This document shows, piece by piece, positions 39,501 through 54,500 of a DNA stretch of 64,000 nt. The DNA is from the human T2T-CHM13v2.0 reference genome, Homo sapiens. Within the stretch, counting starts at the first letter, position 1. Each line of letters begins with the position of its first letter. The position numbers were made by a program, and so were the translations under genes. A model generated the notes under the pieces. The model saw only the letters and a program-made list of their open reading frames with translations. It searched no databases and was not told where the DNA came from. The DNA is taken from NCBI RefSeq assembly GCF_009914755.1, contig NC_060941.1, one strand, 5' to 3'.

Positions 39501-42500
39501 CAGAGTTGAACTTTCCTTTCGAGAGAGAAGCTTTGAAACACTCTTTTTCCAGAATCTGCAAGTGGACATTTGGAGGGCTTTGAGGCCTGTGGTGGAAAAG
39601 GAATTATCTTCCCGTAAAAGCTAGATAGAAGCATTCTCAGAAACTACTTTGTGATGATTGCATTCAAGTCACAGAGTTGAACATTCCCTTTGACAGAGCA
39701 GTTTGGAAACTCTCTTTGTGTAGAATCTGCAAGTGGAGATATGGACCGCTTTGAGGCCTATGGTAGTAAAGGAAATAGCTTCATATAAAAGCTAGACAGT
39801 AGCATTCACAGAAAACTCTTGGTGACGACTGAGTTTAACTCACAGAGCTGAACATTCCTTTGGATGGAGCAGTTTCGAAACACACTATTTGTAGAATGTG
39901 CAAGTGGATATTTAGGCCTCTCTGAGGATTTCGTTGGAAACGGGATAAACCGCACAGAACTAAACAGAAGCATTCTCAGAACCTTCTTCGTGATGTTTGC
40001 ATTCAACTCACAGTGTTGAACCTTTCTTTGATAGTTCAGGTTTGAAACGGTCTTTCTGTAGAAACTGCAAGTAGATATTTGGACCTCTCTGAGGATTTCG
40101 TTGGAAACGGGATAACCCGCACAGAACTAAAACAGAAGCATTCTCAGAACCCTCTTCGTGATGTTTGCATTCAACTCACAGTGCTGAACCTTTCTTTGAT
40201 AGTTCAGCTTTGAAACACTCTTTTTGTAGAAACTGCAAGTGGATATTTGGTCCTCTCTGAGCATTTCGTTGGAAACGGGATAAACTGCACAGAACTAAAC
40301 AGAAGCATTCTCAGAACCTTCTTCGTGATGTCTGCATTCAACTCACAGTGTGGAACCTTTCTTTGATAGTTCAGGTTTGAAACACTCTTTTTGTAGAAAC
40401 TGCAAGGGGATAATTGCACTCTTTGAGGAGTACCGTAGTAAAGGAAATAACTTCCTATAAAAAGAAGACAGAAGCTTTCTCAGAAAATTCTTTGGGATGA
40501 TTGAGTTGAACTCACAGAGCTGAGCATTCCTTGCGATGTAGCAGTTTAGAAACACACTTTCTGCAGAATCTGCAAGTGCATATTTGGACCTCTGTGAGGA
40601 ATTCGTTGGAAACGGGATAATTTCAGCTGACTAAACAGAAGCAGTCTCAGAATCTTCTTTGTGATGTTTGCATTCAAATCCCCGAGTTGAACTTTCCTTT
40701 CAAAGTTCACGTTTGAAACACTCTTTTTGCAGGATCTACAAGTGGATATTTGGACCACTCTGTGTCCTTCGTTCGAAACGGGTATATCTTCACATGACAT
40801 CTAGACAGAAGCATCCTCAGAAGCTTCTCTGTGATGACTGCATTCAACTCACGGAGTTGAACACTCCTTTTGAGAGCGCAGTTTTGAAACTCTCTTTCTG
40901 TGGCATCTGCAAGGGGACACGTAGACCTCTTTGAAGATTTCGTTGGAAACGGAATCATCTTCACATAAAAACTATACAGACGCATTCTCAGGAACTTTTT
41001 GGTGATGTTTGTATTCAACTCCCAGAGTTGAACTTTCCTTTGGAAAGAGCAGCTATGAAACACTCTTTTTCTAGAATCTGCAAGTGGACGTTTGGAGGGC
41101 TTTGTGGTTTGTGGTGGAAAAGGAAATATCTTCACCTAAATACTAGATAGAAGCATTCTCAGAAACTGCTTTGTGATGATTGCATTCACCTCACAGAGTT
41201 GAACATTCCTATTGATAGAGCAGTTTGGAAACACTCTTGTTGTGGAATGTGCAAGTGGAGATTTGGAGCGCTTTGAGGCCTATGGTAGTAAAGGGAATAG
41301 CTTCATAGAAAAACTAGACAGAAGCATTCTCAGAAAATACTTTGTGATGATTGAGTTTAACTCACAGAGCTGAACATTCCTTTGGATGGAGCAGGTTTGA
41401 GACACACCTTTTGTAGAATCTACAAGTGGATATTTGGACCTCTCTGAGGATTTCGTTGGAAACGGGATAACTGCACCTAACTAAACGGAAGCATTCTCAG
41501 AAACTTCTTGGTGATGTTTGCATTCAAATCCCAGAGTTGAACCTTCCTTTGATAGTTCAGGTTTGAAACACTCTTTTTGTAGGATCTGCAAGTGGATATT
41601 TGGACCACTCTGTGGCCTTCGTTCGAAACGGGTATATCTTCGCATAAAATCTAGACAGAAGCCTTCTCAGAAACTTCTCTGTGATGATTGCATTCAACTC
41701 ACAGAGTTGAACCCTCCTATGGATAGAGCAGTGTTGAAACTCTCTTTTTGTGGAATCTGCAAGTGGATATGTGGACCTCTCCGAAGATGTCTTTGGAAAC
41801 GGGAATATCTTCACATAAAAACTAAACAGAAGCATTCTCAGAAACTTCTCTGTGATGTTTGTGTTCAACTCCCAGAGTTTCACATTGCTTTTCATAGAGT
41901 AGTTCTGAAACATGCTTTTCGTAGTGTCTACAAGTGGACATTTGGAGCGCTTTCAGGCCTGTGGTGGAAAACGAATTATGGTCACATAAAAACTGGAGAG
42001 AAGCATTGTCAGAAACTTCTTTGTGATGATTGCATTCAACTCACAGAGTTGAAGGTTCCTTTTCAAAGAGCAGTTTCCAATCACTCTTTGTGTGGAATCT
42101 GCAAGTGGATATTCGGACCTATTTTGAAGATTTCGTTGGAAACGGGAGAATCTTCACAGGAAAGCTAAACAGAAGCATTCTCAGAAACTTCTTTGTGATG
42201 CTTGCATTCAACTCACAGAGTTGAACTTTCCTTTCGAGAGAGAAGCTTTGAAACACTCTTTTTCCAGAATCTGCAAGTGGACATTTGGAGGGCTTTGAGG
42301 CCTGTGGTGGAAAAGGAATTATCTTCCCGTAAAAGCTAGATAGAAGCATTCTCAGAAACTACTTTGTGATGATTGCATTCAAGTCACAGAGTTGAACATT
42401 CCCTTTGACAGAGCAGTTTGGAAACTCTCTTTGTGTAGAATCTGCAAGTGGAGATATGGACCGCTTTGAGGCCTATGGTAGTAAAGGAAATAGCTTCATA

Positions 42501-45500
42501 TAAAAGCTAGACAGTAGCATTCACAGAAAACTCTTGGTGACGACTGAGTTTAACTCACAGAGCTGAACATTCCTTTGGATGGAGCAGTTTCGAAACACAC
42601 TATTTGTAGAATGTGCAAGTGGATATTTAGGCCTCTCTGAGGATTTCGTTGGAAACGGGATAAACCGCACAGAACTAAACAGAAGCATTCTCAGAACCTT
42701 CTTCGTGATGTTTGCATTCAACTCACAGTGTTGAACCTTTCTTTGATAGTTCAGGTTTGAAACGGTCTTTCTGTAGAAACTGCAAGTAGATATTTGGACC
42801 TCTCTGAGGATTTCGTTGGAAACGGGATAACCCGCACAGAACTAAAACAGAAGCATTCTCAGAACCCTCTTCGTGATGTTTGCATTCAACTCACAGTGCT
42901 GAACCTTTCTTTGATAGTTCAGCTTTGAAACACTCTTTTTGTAGAAACTGCAAGTGGATATTTGGTCCTCTCTGAGCATTTCGTTGGAAACGGGATAAAC
43001 TGCACAGAACTAAACAGAAGCATTCTCAGAACCTTCTTCGTGATGTCTGCATTCAACTCACAGTGTGGAACCTTTCTTTGATAGTTCAGGTTTGAAACAC
43101 TCTTTTTGTAGAAACTGCAAGGGGATAATTGCACTCTTTGAGGAGTACCGTAGTAAAGGAAATAACTTCCTATAAAAAGAAGACAGAAGCTTTCTCAGAA
43201 AATTCTTTGGGATGATTGAGTTGAACTCACAGAGCTGAGCATTCCTTGCGATGTAGCAGTTTAGAAACACACTTTCTGCAGAATCTGCAAGTGCATATTT
43301 GGACCTCTGTGAGGAATTCGTTGGAAACGGGATAATTTCAGCTGACTAAACAGAAGCAGTCTCAGAATCTTCTTTGTGATGTTTGCATTCAAATCCCCGA
43401 GTTGAACTTTCCTTTCAAAGTTCACGTTTGAAACACTCTTTTTGCAGGATCTACAAGTGGATATTTGGACCACTCTGTGTCCTTCGTTCGAAACGGGTAT
43501 ATCTTCACATGACATCTAGACAGAAGCATCCTCAGAAGCTTCTCTGTGATGACTGCATTCAACTCACGGAGTTGAACACTCCTTTTGAGAGCGCAGTTTT
43601 GAAACTCTCTTTCTGTGGCATCTGCAAGGGGACACGTAGACCTCTTTGAAGATTTCGTTGGAAACGGAATCATCTTCACATAAAAACTATACAGACGCAT
43701 TCTCAGGAACTTTTTGGTGATGTTTGTATTCAACTCCCAGAGTTGAACTTTCCTTTGGAAAGAGCAGCTATGAAACACTCTTTTTCTAGAATCTGCAAGT
43801 GGACGTTTGGAGGGCTTTGTGGTTTGTGGTGGAAAAGGAAATATCTTCACCTAAATACTAGATAGAAGCATTCTCAGAAACTGCTTTGTGATGATTGCAT
43901 TCACCTCACAGAGTTGAACATTCCTATTGATAGAGCAGTTTGGAAACACTCTTGTTGTGGAATGTGCAAGTGGAGATTTGGAGCGCTTTGAGGCCTATGG
44001 TAGTAAAGGGAATAGCTTCATAGAAAAACTAGACAGAAGCATTCTCAGAAAATACTTTGTGATGATTGAGTTTAACTCACAGAGCTGAACATTCCTTTGG
44101 ATGGAGCAGGTTTGAGACACACTTTTTGTAGAATCTACAAGTGGATATTTGGACCTCTCTGAGGATTTCGTTGGAAACGGGATAACTGCACCTAACTAAA
44201 CGGAAGCATTCTCAGAAACTTCTTGGTGATGTTTGCATTCAAATCCCAGAGTTGAACCTTCCTTTGATAGTTCAGGTTTGAAACACTCTTTTTGTAGGAT
44301 CTGCAAGTGGATATTTGGACCACTCTGTGGCCTTCGTTCGAAACGGGTATATCTTCGCATAAAATCTAGACAGAAGCCTTCTCAGAAACTTCTCTGTGAT
44401 GATTGCATTCAACTCACAGAGTTGAACCCTCCTATGGATAGAGCAGTGTTGAAACTCTCTTTTTGTGGAATCTGCAAGTGGATATGTGGACCTCTCCGAA
44501 GATGTCTTTGGAAACGGGAATATCTTCACATAAAAACTAAACAGAAGCATTCTCAGAAACTTCTCTGTGATGTTTGTGTTCAACTCCCAGAGTTTCACAT
44601 TGCTTTTCATAGAGTAGTTCTGAAACATGCTTTTCGTAGTGTCTACAAGTGGACATTTGGAGCGCTTTCAGGCCTGTGGTGGAAAACGAATTATGGTCAC
44701 ATAAAAACTGGAGAGAAGCATTGTCAGAAACTTCTTTGTGATGATTGCATTCAACTCACAGAGTTGAAGGTTCCTTTTCAAAGAGCAGTTTCCAATCACT
44801 CTTTGTGTGGAATCTGCAAGTGGATATTCGGACCTATTTTGAAGATTTCGTTGGAAACGGGAGAATCTTCACAGGAAAGCTAAACAGAAGCATTCTCAGA
44901 AACTTCTTTGTGATGCTTGCATTCAACTCACAGAGTTGAACTTTCCTTTCGAGAGAGAAGCTTTGAAACACTCTTTTTCCAGAATCTGCAAGTGGACATT
45001 TGGAGGGCTTTGAGGCCTGTGGTGGAAAAGGAATTATCTTCCCGTAAAAGCTAGATAGAAGCATTCTCAGAAACTACTTTGTGATGATTGCATTCAAGTC
45101 ACAGAGTTGAACATTCCCTTTGACAGAGCAGTTTGGAAACTCTCTTTGTGTAGAATCTGCAAGTGGAGATATGGACCGCTTTGAGGCCTATGGTAGTAAA
45201 GGAAATAGCTTCATATAAAAGCTAGACAGTAGCATTCACAGAAAACTCTTGGTGACGACTGAGTTTAACTCACAGAGCTGAACATTCCTTTGGATGGAGC
45301 AGTTTCGAAACACACTATTTGTAGAATGTGCAAGTGGATATTTAGGCCTCTCTGAGGATTTCGTTGGAAACGGGATAAACCGCACAGAACTAAACAGAAG
45401 CATTCTCAGAACCTTCTTCGTGATGTTTGCATTCAACTCACAGTGTTGAACCTTTCTTTGATAGTTCAGGTTTGAAACGGTCTTTCTGTAGAAACTGCAA

Positions 45501-48500
45501 GTAGATATTTGGACCTCTCTGAGGATTTCGTTGGAAACGGGATAACCCGCACAGAACTAAAACAGAAGCATTCTCAGAACCCTCTTCGTGATGTTTGCAT
45601 TCAACTCACAGTGCTGAACCTTTCTTTGATAGTTCAGCTTTGAAACACTCTTTTTGTAGAAACTGCAAGTGGATATTTGGTCCTCTCTGAGCATTTCGTT
45701 GGAAACGGGATAAACTGCACAGAACTAAACAGAAGCATTCTCAGAACCTTCTTCGTGATGTCTGCATTCAACTCACAGTGTGGAACCTTTCTTTGATAGT
45801 TCAGGTTTGAAACACTCTTTTTGTAGAAACTGCAAGGGGATAATTGCACTCTTTGAGGAGTACCGTAGTAAAGGAAATAACTTCCTATAAAAAGAAGACA
45901 GAAGCTTTCTCAGAAAATTCTTTGGGAAGATTGAGTTGAACTCACAGAGCTGAGCATTCCTTGCGATGTAGCAGTTTAGAAACACACTTTCTGCAGAATC
46001 TGCAAGTGCATATTTGGACCTCTGTGAGGAATTCGTTGGAAACGGGATAATTTCAGCTGACTAAACAGAAGCAGTCTCAGAATCTTCTTTGTGATGTTTG
46101 CATTCAAATCCCCGAGTTGAACTTTCCTTTCAAAGTTCACGTTTGAAACACTCTTTTTGCAGGATCTACAAGTGGATATTTGGACCACTCTGTGTCCTTC
46201 GTTCGAAACGGGTATATCTTCACATGACATCTAGACAGAAGCATCCTCAGAAGCTTCTCTGTGATGACTGCATTCAACTCACGGAGTTGAACACTCCTTT
46301 TGAGAGCGCAGTTTTGAAACTCTCTTTCTGTGGCATCTGCAAGGGGACATGTAGACCTCTTTGAAGATTTCGTTGGAAACGGAATCATCTTCACATAAAA
46401 ACTATACAGACGCATTCTCAGGAACTTTTTGGTGATGTTTGTATTCAACTCCCAGAGTTGAACTTTCCTTTGGAAAGAGCAGCTATGAAACACTCTTTTT
46501 CTAGAATCTGCAAGTGGACGTTTGGAGGGCTTTGTGGTTTGTGGTGGAAAAGGAAATATCTTCACCTAAATACTAGATAGAAGCATTCTCAGAAACTGCT
46601 TTGTGATGATTGCATTCACCTCACAGAGTTGAACATTCCTATTGATAGAGCAGTTTGGAAACACTCTTGTTGTGGAATGTGCAAGTGGAGATTTGGAGCG
46701 CTTTGAGGCCTATGGTAGTAAAGGGAATAGCTTCATAGAAAAACTAGACAGAAGCATTCTCAGAAAATACTTTGTGATGATTGAGTTTAACTCACAGAGC
46801 TGAACATTCCTTTGGATGGAGCAGGTTTGAGACACACTTTTTGTAGAATCTACAAGTGGATATTTGGACCTCTCTGAGGATTTCGTTGGAAACGGGATAA
46901 CTGCACCTAACTAAACGGAAGCATTCTCAGAAACTTCTTGGTGATGTTTGCATTCAAATCCCAGAGTTGAACCTTCCTTTGATAGTTCAGGTTTGAAACA
47001 CTCTTTTTGTAGGATCTGCAAGTGGATATTTGGACCACTCTGTGGCCTTCGTTCGAAACGGGTATATCTTCGCATAAAATCTAGACAGGAGCCTTCTCAG
47101 AAACTTCTCTGTGATGATTGCATTCAACTCACAGAGTTGAACCCTCCTATGGATAGAGCAGTGTTGAAACTCTCTTTTTGTGGAATCTGCAAGTGGATAT
47201 GTGGACCTCTCCGAAGATGTCTTTGGAAACGGGAATATCTTCACATAAAAACTAAACAGAAGCATTCTCAGAAACTTCTCTGTGATGTTTGTGTTCAACT
47301 CCCAGAGTTTCACATTGCTTTTCATAGAGTAGTTCTGAAACATGCTTTTCGTAGTGTCTACAAGTGGACATTTGGAGCGCTTTCAGGCCTGTGGTGGAAA
47401 ACGAATTATGGTCACATAAAAACTGGAGAGAAGCATTGTCAGAAACTTCTTTGTGATGATTGCATTCAACTCACAGAGTTGAAGGTTCCTTTTCAAAGAG
47501 CAGTTTCCAATCACTCTTTGTGTGGAATCTGCAAGTGGATATTCGGACCTATTTTGAAGATTTCGTTGGAAACGGGAGAATCTTCACAGGAAAGCTAAAC
47601 AGAAGCATTCTCAGAAACTTCTTTGTGATGCTTGCATTCAACTCACAGAGTTGAACTTTCCTTTCGAGAGAGAAGCTTTGAAACACTCTTTTTCCAGAAT
47701 CTGCAAGTGGACATTTGGAGGGCTTTGAGGCCTGTGGTGGAAAAGGAATTATCTTCCCGTAAAAGCTAGATAGAAGCATTCTCAGAAACTACTTTGTGAT
47801 GATTGCATTCAAGTCACAGAGTTGAACATTCCCTTTGACAGAGCAGTTTGGAAACTCTCTTTGTGTAGAATCTGCAAGTGGAGATATGGACCGCTTTGAG
47901 GCCTATGGTAGTAAAGGAAATAGCTTCATATAAAAGCTAGACAGTAGCATTCACAGAAAACTCTTGGTGACGACTGAGTTTAACTCACAGAGCTGAACAT
48001 TCCTTTGGATGGAGCAGTTTCGAAACACACTATTTGTAGAATGTGCAAGTGGATATTTAGGCCTCTCTGAGGATTTCGTTGGAAACGGGATAAACCGCAC
48101 AGAACTAAACAGAAGCATTCTCAGAACCTTCTTCGTGATGTTTGCATTCAACTCACAGTGTTGAACCTTTCTTTGATAGTTCAGGTTTGAAACGGTCTTT
48201 CTGTAGAAACTGCAAGTAGATATTTGGACCTCTCTGAGGATTTCGTTGGAAACGGGATAACCCGCACAGAACTAAAACAGAAGCATTCTCAGAACCCTCT
48301 TCGTGATGTTTGCATTCAACTCACAGTGCTGAACCTTTCTTTGATAGTTCAGCTTTGAAACACTCTTTTTGTAGAAACTGCAAGTGGATATTTGGTCCTC
48401 TCTGAGCATTTCGTTGGAAACGGGATAAACTGCACAGAACTAAACAGAAGCATTCTCAGAACCTTCTTCGTGATGTCTGCATTCAACTCACAGTGTGGAA

Positions 48501-51500
48501 CCTTTCTTTGATAGTTCAGGTTTGAAACACTCTTTTTGTAGAAACTGCAAGGGGATAATTGCACTCTTTGAGGAGTACCGTAGTAAAGGAAATAACTTCC
48601 TATAAAAAGAAGACAGAAGCTTTCTCAGAAAATTCTTTGGGATGATTGAGTTGAACTCACAGAGCTGAGCATTCCTTGCGATGTAGCAGTTTAGAAACAC
48701 ACTTTCTGCAGAATCTGCAAGTGCATATTTGGACCTCTGTGAGGAATTCGTTGGAAACGGGATAATTTCAGCTGACTAAACAGAAGCAGTCTCAGAATCT
48801 TCTTTGTGATGTTTGCATTCAAATCCCCGAGTTGAACTTTCCTTTCAAAGTTCACGTTTGAAACACTCTTTTTGCAGGATCTACAAGTGGATATTTGGAC
48901 CACTCTGTGTCCTTCGTTCGAAACGGGTATATCTTCACATGACATCTAGACAGAAGCATCCTCAGAAGCTTCTCTGTGATGACTGCATTCAACTCACGGA
49001 GTTGAACACTCCTTTTGAGAGCGCAGTTTTGAAACTCTCTTTCTGTGGCATCTGCAAGGGGACACGTAGACCTATTTGAAGATTTCGTTGGAAACGGAAT
49101 CATCTTCACATAAAAACTATACAGACGCATTCTCAGGAACTTTTTGGTGATGTTTGTATTCAACTCCCAGAGTTGAACTTTCCTTTGGAAAGAGCAGCTA
49201 TGAAACACTCTTTTTCTAGAATCTGCAAGTGGACGTTTGGAGGGCTTTGTGGTTTGTGGTGGAAAAGGAAATATCTTCACCTAAATACTAGATAGAAGCA
49301 TTCTCAGAAACTGCTTTGTGATGATTGCATTCACCTCACAGAGTTGAACATTCCTATTGATAGAGCAGTTTGGAAACACTCTTGTTGTGGAATGTGCAAG
49401 TGGAGATTTGGAGCGCTTTGAGGCCTATGGTAGTAAAGGGAATAGCTTCATAGAAAAACTAGACAGAAGCATTCTCAGAAAATACTTTGTGATGATTGAG
49501 TTTAACTCACAGAGCTGAACATTCCTTTGGATGGAGCAGGTTTGAGACACACCTTTTGTAGAATCTACAAGTGGATATTTGGACCTCTCTGAGGATTTCG
49601 TTGGAAACGGGATAACTGCACCTAACTAAACGGAAGCATTCTCAGAAACTTCTTGGTGATGTTTGCATTCAAATCCCAGAGTTGAACCTTCCTTTGATAG
49701 TTCAGGTTTGAAACACTCTTTTTGTAGGATCTGCAAGTGGATATTTGGACCACTCTGTGGCCTTCGTTCGAAACGGGTATATCTTCGCATAAAATCTAGA
49801 CAGAAGCCTTCTCAGAAACTTCTCTGTGATGATTGCATTCAACTCACAGAGTTGAACCCTCCTATGGATAGAGCAGTGTTGAAACTCTCTTTTTGTGGAA
49901 TCTGCAAGTGGATATGTGGACCTCTCCGAAGATGTCTTTGGAAACGGGAATATCTTCACATAAAAACTAAACAGAAGCATTCTCAGAAACTTCTCTGTGA
50001 TGTTTGTGTTCAACTCCCAGAGTTTCACATTGCTTTTCATAGAGTAGTTCTGAAACATGCTTTTCGTAGTGTCTACAAGTGGACATTTGGAGCGCTTTCA
50101 GGCCTGTGGTGGAAAACGAATTATGGTCACATAAAAACTGGAGAGAAGCATTGTCAGAAACTTCTTTGTGATGATTGCATTCAACTCACAGAGTTGAAGG
50201 TTCCTTTTCAAAGAGCAGTTTCCAATCACTCTTTGTGTGGAATCTGCAAGTGGATATTCGGACCTATTTTGAAGATTTCGTTGGAAACGGGAGAATCTTC
50301 ACAGGAAAGCTAAACAGAAGCATTCTCAGAAACTTCTTTGTGATGCTTGCATTCAACTCACAGAGTTGAACTTTCCTTTCGAGAGAGAAGCTTTGAAACA
50401 CTCTTTTTCCAGAATCTGCAAGTGGACATTTGGAGGGCTTTGAGGCCTGTGGTGGAAAAGGAATTATCTTCCCGTAAAAGCTAGATAGAAGCATTCTCAG
50501 AAACTACTTTGTGATGATTGCATTCAAGTCACAGAGTTGAACATTCCCTTTGACAGAGCAGTTTGGAAACTCTCTTTGTGTAGAATCTGCAAGTGGAGAT
50601 ATGGACCGCTTTGAGGCCTATGGTAGTAAAGGAAATAGCTTCATATAAAAGCTAGACAGTAGCATTCACAGAAAACTCTTGGTGACGACTGAGTTTAACT
50701 CACAGAGCTGAACATTCCTTTGGATGGAGCAGTTTCGAAACACACTATTTGTAGAATGTGCAAGTGGATATTTAGGCCTCTCTGAGGATTTCGTTGGAAA
50801 CGGGATAAACCGCACAGAACTAAACAGAAGCATTCTCAGAACCTTCTTCGTGATGTTTGCATTCAACTCACAGTGTTGAACCTTTCTTTGATAGTTCAGG
50901 TTTGAAACGGTCTTTCTGTAGAAACTGCAAGTAGATATTTGGACCTCTCTGAGGATTTCGTTGGAAACGGGATAACCCGCACAGAACTAAAACAGAAGCA
51001 TTCTCAGAACCCTCTTCGTGATGTTTGCATTCAACTCACAGTGCTGAACCTTTCTTTGATAGTTCAGCTTTGAAACACTCTTTTTGTAGAAACTGCAAGT
51101 GGATATTTGGTCCTCTCTGAGCATTTCGTTGGAAACGGGATAAACTGCACAGAACTAAACAGAAGCATTCTCAGAACCTTCTTCGTGATGTCTGCATTCA
51201 ACTCACAGTGTGGAACCTTTCTTTGATAGTTCAGGTTTGAAACACTCTTTTTGTAGAAACTGCAAGGGGATAATTGCACTCTTTGAGGAGTACCGTAGTA
51301 AAGGAAATAACTTCCTATAAAAAGAAGACAGAAGCTTTCTCAGAAAATTCTTTGGGATGATTGAGTTGAACTCACAGAGCTGAGCATTCCTTGCGATGTA
51401 GCAGTTTAGAAACACACTTTCTGCAGAATCTGCAAGTGCATATTTGGACCTCTGTGAGGAATTCGTTGGAAACGGGATAATTTCAGCTGACTAAACAGAA

Positions 51501-54500
51501 GCAGTCTCAGAATCTTCTTTGTGATGTTTGCATTCAAATCCCCGAGTTGAACTTTCCTTTCAAAGTTCACGTTTGAAACACTCTTTTTGCAGGATCTACA
51601 AGTGGATATTTGGACCACTCTGTGTCCTTCGTTCGAAACGGGTATATCTTCACATGACATCTAGACAGAAGCATCCTCAGAAGCTTCTCTGTGATGACTG
51701 CATTCAACTCACGGAGTTGAACACTCCTTTTGAGAGCGCAGTTTTGAAACTCTCTTTCTGTGGCATCTGCAAGGGGACATGTAGACCTCTTTGAAGATTT
51801 CGTTGGAAACGGAATCATCTTCACATAAAAACTATACAGACGCATTCTCAGGAACTTTTTGGTGATGTTTGTATTCAACTCCCAGAGTTGAACTTTCCTT
51901 TGGAAAGAGCAGCTATGAAACACTCTTTTTCTAGAATCTGCAAGTGGACGTTTGGAGGGCTTTGTGGTTTGTGGTGGAAAAGGAAATATCTTCACCTAAA
52001 TACTAGATAGAAGCATTCTCAGAAACTGCTTTGTGATGATTGCATTCACCTCACAGAGTTGAACATTCCTATTGATAGAGCAGTTTGGAAACACTCTTGT
52101 TGTGGAATGTGCAAGTGGAGATTTGGAGCGCTTTGAGGCCTATGGTAGTAAAGGGAATAGCTTCATAGAAAAACTAGACAGAAGCATTCTCAGAAAATAC
52201 TTTGTGATGATTGAGTTTAACTCACAGAGCTGAACATTCCTTTGGATGGAGCAGGTTTGAGACACACTTTTTGTAGAATCTACAAGTGGATATTTGGACC
52301 TCTCTGAGGATTTCGTTGGAAACGGGATAACTGCACCTAACTAAACGGAAGCATTCTCAGAAACTTCTTGGTGATGTTTGCATTCAAATCCCAGAGTTGA
52401 ACCTTCCTTTGATAGTTCAGGTTTGAAACACTCTTTTTGTAGGATCTGCAAGTGGATATTTGGACCACTCTGTGGCCTTCGTTCGAAACGGGTATATCTT
52501 CGCATAAAATCTAGACAGGAGCCTTCTCAGAAACTTCTCTGTGATGATTGCATTCAACTCACAGAGTTGAACCCTCCTATGGATAGAGCAGTGTTGAAAC
52601 TCTCTTTTTGTGGAATCTGCAAGTGGATATGTGGACCTCTCCGAAGATGTCTTTGGAAACGGGAATATCTTCACATAAAAACTAAACAGAAGCATTCTCA
52701 GAAACTTCTCTGTGATGTTTGTGTTCAACTCCCAGAGTTTCACATTGCTTTTCATAGAGTAGTTCTGAAACATGCTTTTCGTAGTGTCTACAAGTGGACA
52801 TTTGGAGCGCTTTCAGGCCTGTGGGGGAAAACGAATTATGGTCACATAAAAACTGGAGAGAAGCATTGTCAGAAACTTCTTTGTGATGATTGCATTCAAC
52901 TCACAGAGTTGAAGGTTCCTTTTCAAAGAGCAGTTTCCAATCACTCTTTGTGTGGAATCTGCAAGTGGATATTCGGACCTATTTTGAAGATTTCGTTGGA
53001 AACGGGAGAATCTTCACAGGAAAGCTAAACAGAAGCATTCTCAGAAACTTCTTTGTGATGCTTGCATTCAACTCACAGAGTTGAACTTTCCTTTCGAGAG
53101 AGAAGCTTTGAAACACTCTTTTTCCAGAATCTGCAAGTGGACATTTGGAGGGCTTTGAGGCCTGTGGTGGAAAAGGAATTATCTTCCCGTAAAAGCTAGA
53201 TAGAAGCATTCTCAGAAACTACTTTGTGATGATTGCATTCAAGTCACAGAGTTGAACATTCCCTTTGACAGAGCAGTTTGGAAACTCTCTTTGTGTAGAA
53301 TCTGCAAGTGGAGATATGGACCGCTTTGAGGCCTATGGTAGTAAAGGAAATAGCTTCATATAAAAGCTAGACAGTAGCATTCACAGAAAACTCTTGGTGA
53401 CGACTGAGTTTAACTCACAGAGCTGAACATTCCTTTGGATGGAGCAGTTTCGAAACACACTATTTGTAGAATGTGCAAGTGGATATTTAGGCCTCTCTGA
53501 GGATTTCGTTGGAAACGGGATAAACCGCACAGAACTAAACAGAAGCATTCTCAGAACCTTCTTCGTGATGTTTGCATTCAACTCACAGTGTTGAACCTTT
53601 CTTTGATAGTTCAGGTTTGAAACGGTCTTTCTGTAGAAACTGCAAGTAGATATTTGGACCTCTCTGAGGATTTCGTTGGAAACGGGATAACCCGCACAGA
53701 ACTAAAACAGAAGCATTCTCAGAACCCTCTTCGTGATGTTTGCATTCAACTCACAGTGCTGAACCTTTCTTTGATAGTTCAGCTTTGAAACACTCTTTTT
53801 GTAGAAACTGCAAGTGGATATTTGGTCCTCTCTGAGCATTTCGTTGGAAACGGGATAAACTGCACAGAACTAAACAGAAGCATTCTCAGAACCTTCTTCG
53901 TGATGTCTGCATTCAACTCACAGTGTGGAACCTTTCTTTGATAGTTCAGGTTTGAAACACTCTTTTTGTAGAAACTGCAAGGGGATAATTGCACTCTTTG
54001 AGGAGTACCGTAGTAAAGGAAATAACTTCCTATAAAAAGAAGACAGAAGCTTTCTCAGAAAATTCTTTGGGATGATTGAGTTGAACTCACAGAGCTGAGC
54101 ATTCCTTGCGATGTAGCAGTTTAGAAACACACTTTCTGCAGAATCTGCAAGTGCATATTTGGACCTCTGTGAGGAATTCGTTGGAAACGGGATAATTTCA
54201 GCTGACTAAACAGAAGCAGTCTCAGAATCTTCTTTGTGATGTTTGCATTCAAATCCCCGAGTTGAACTTTCCTTTCAAAGTTCACGTTTGAAACACTCTT
54301 TTTGCAGGATCTACAAGTGGATATTTGGACCACTCTGTGTCCTTCGTTCGAAACGGGTATATCTTCACATGACATCTAGACAGAAGCATCCTCAGAAGCT
54401 TCTCTGTGATGACTGCATTCAACTCACGGAGTTGAACACTCCTTTTGAGAGCGCAGTTTTGAAACTCTCTTTCTGTGGCATCTGCAAGGGGACACGTAGA

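Noticed and set aside
49071-49090. C>A at 49074 as a conversion from the paralogous W3 monomer (GACCTATTTTGAAG)
   Set aside because: The putative donor has four Ts after the A whereas this copy has three, so a simple point mutation explains it equally well.
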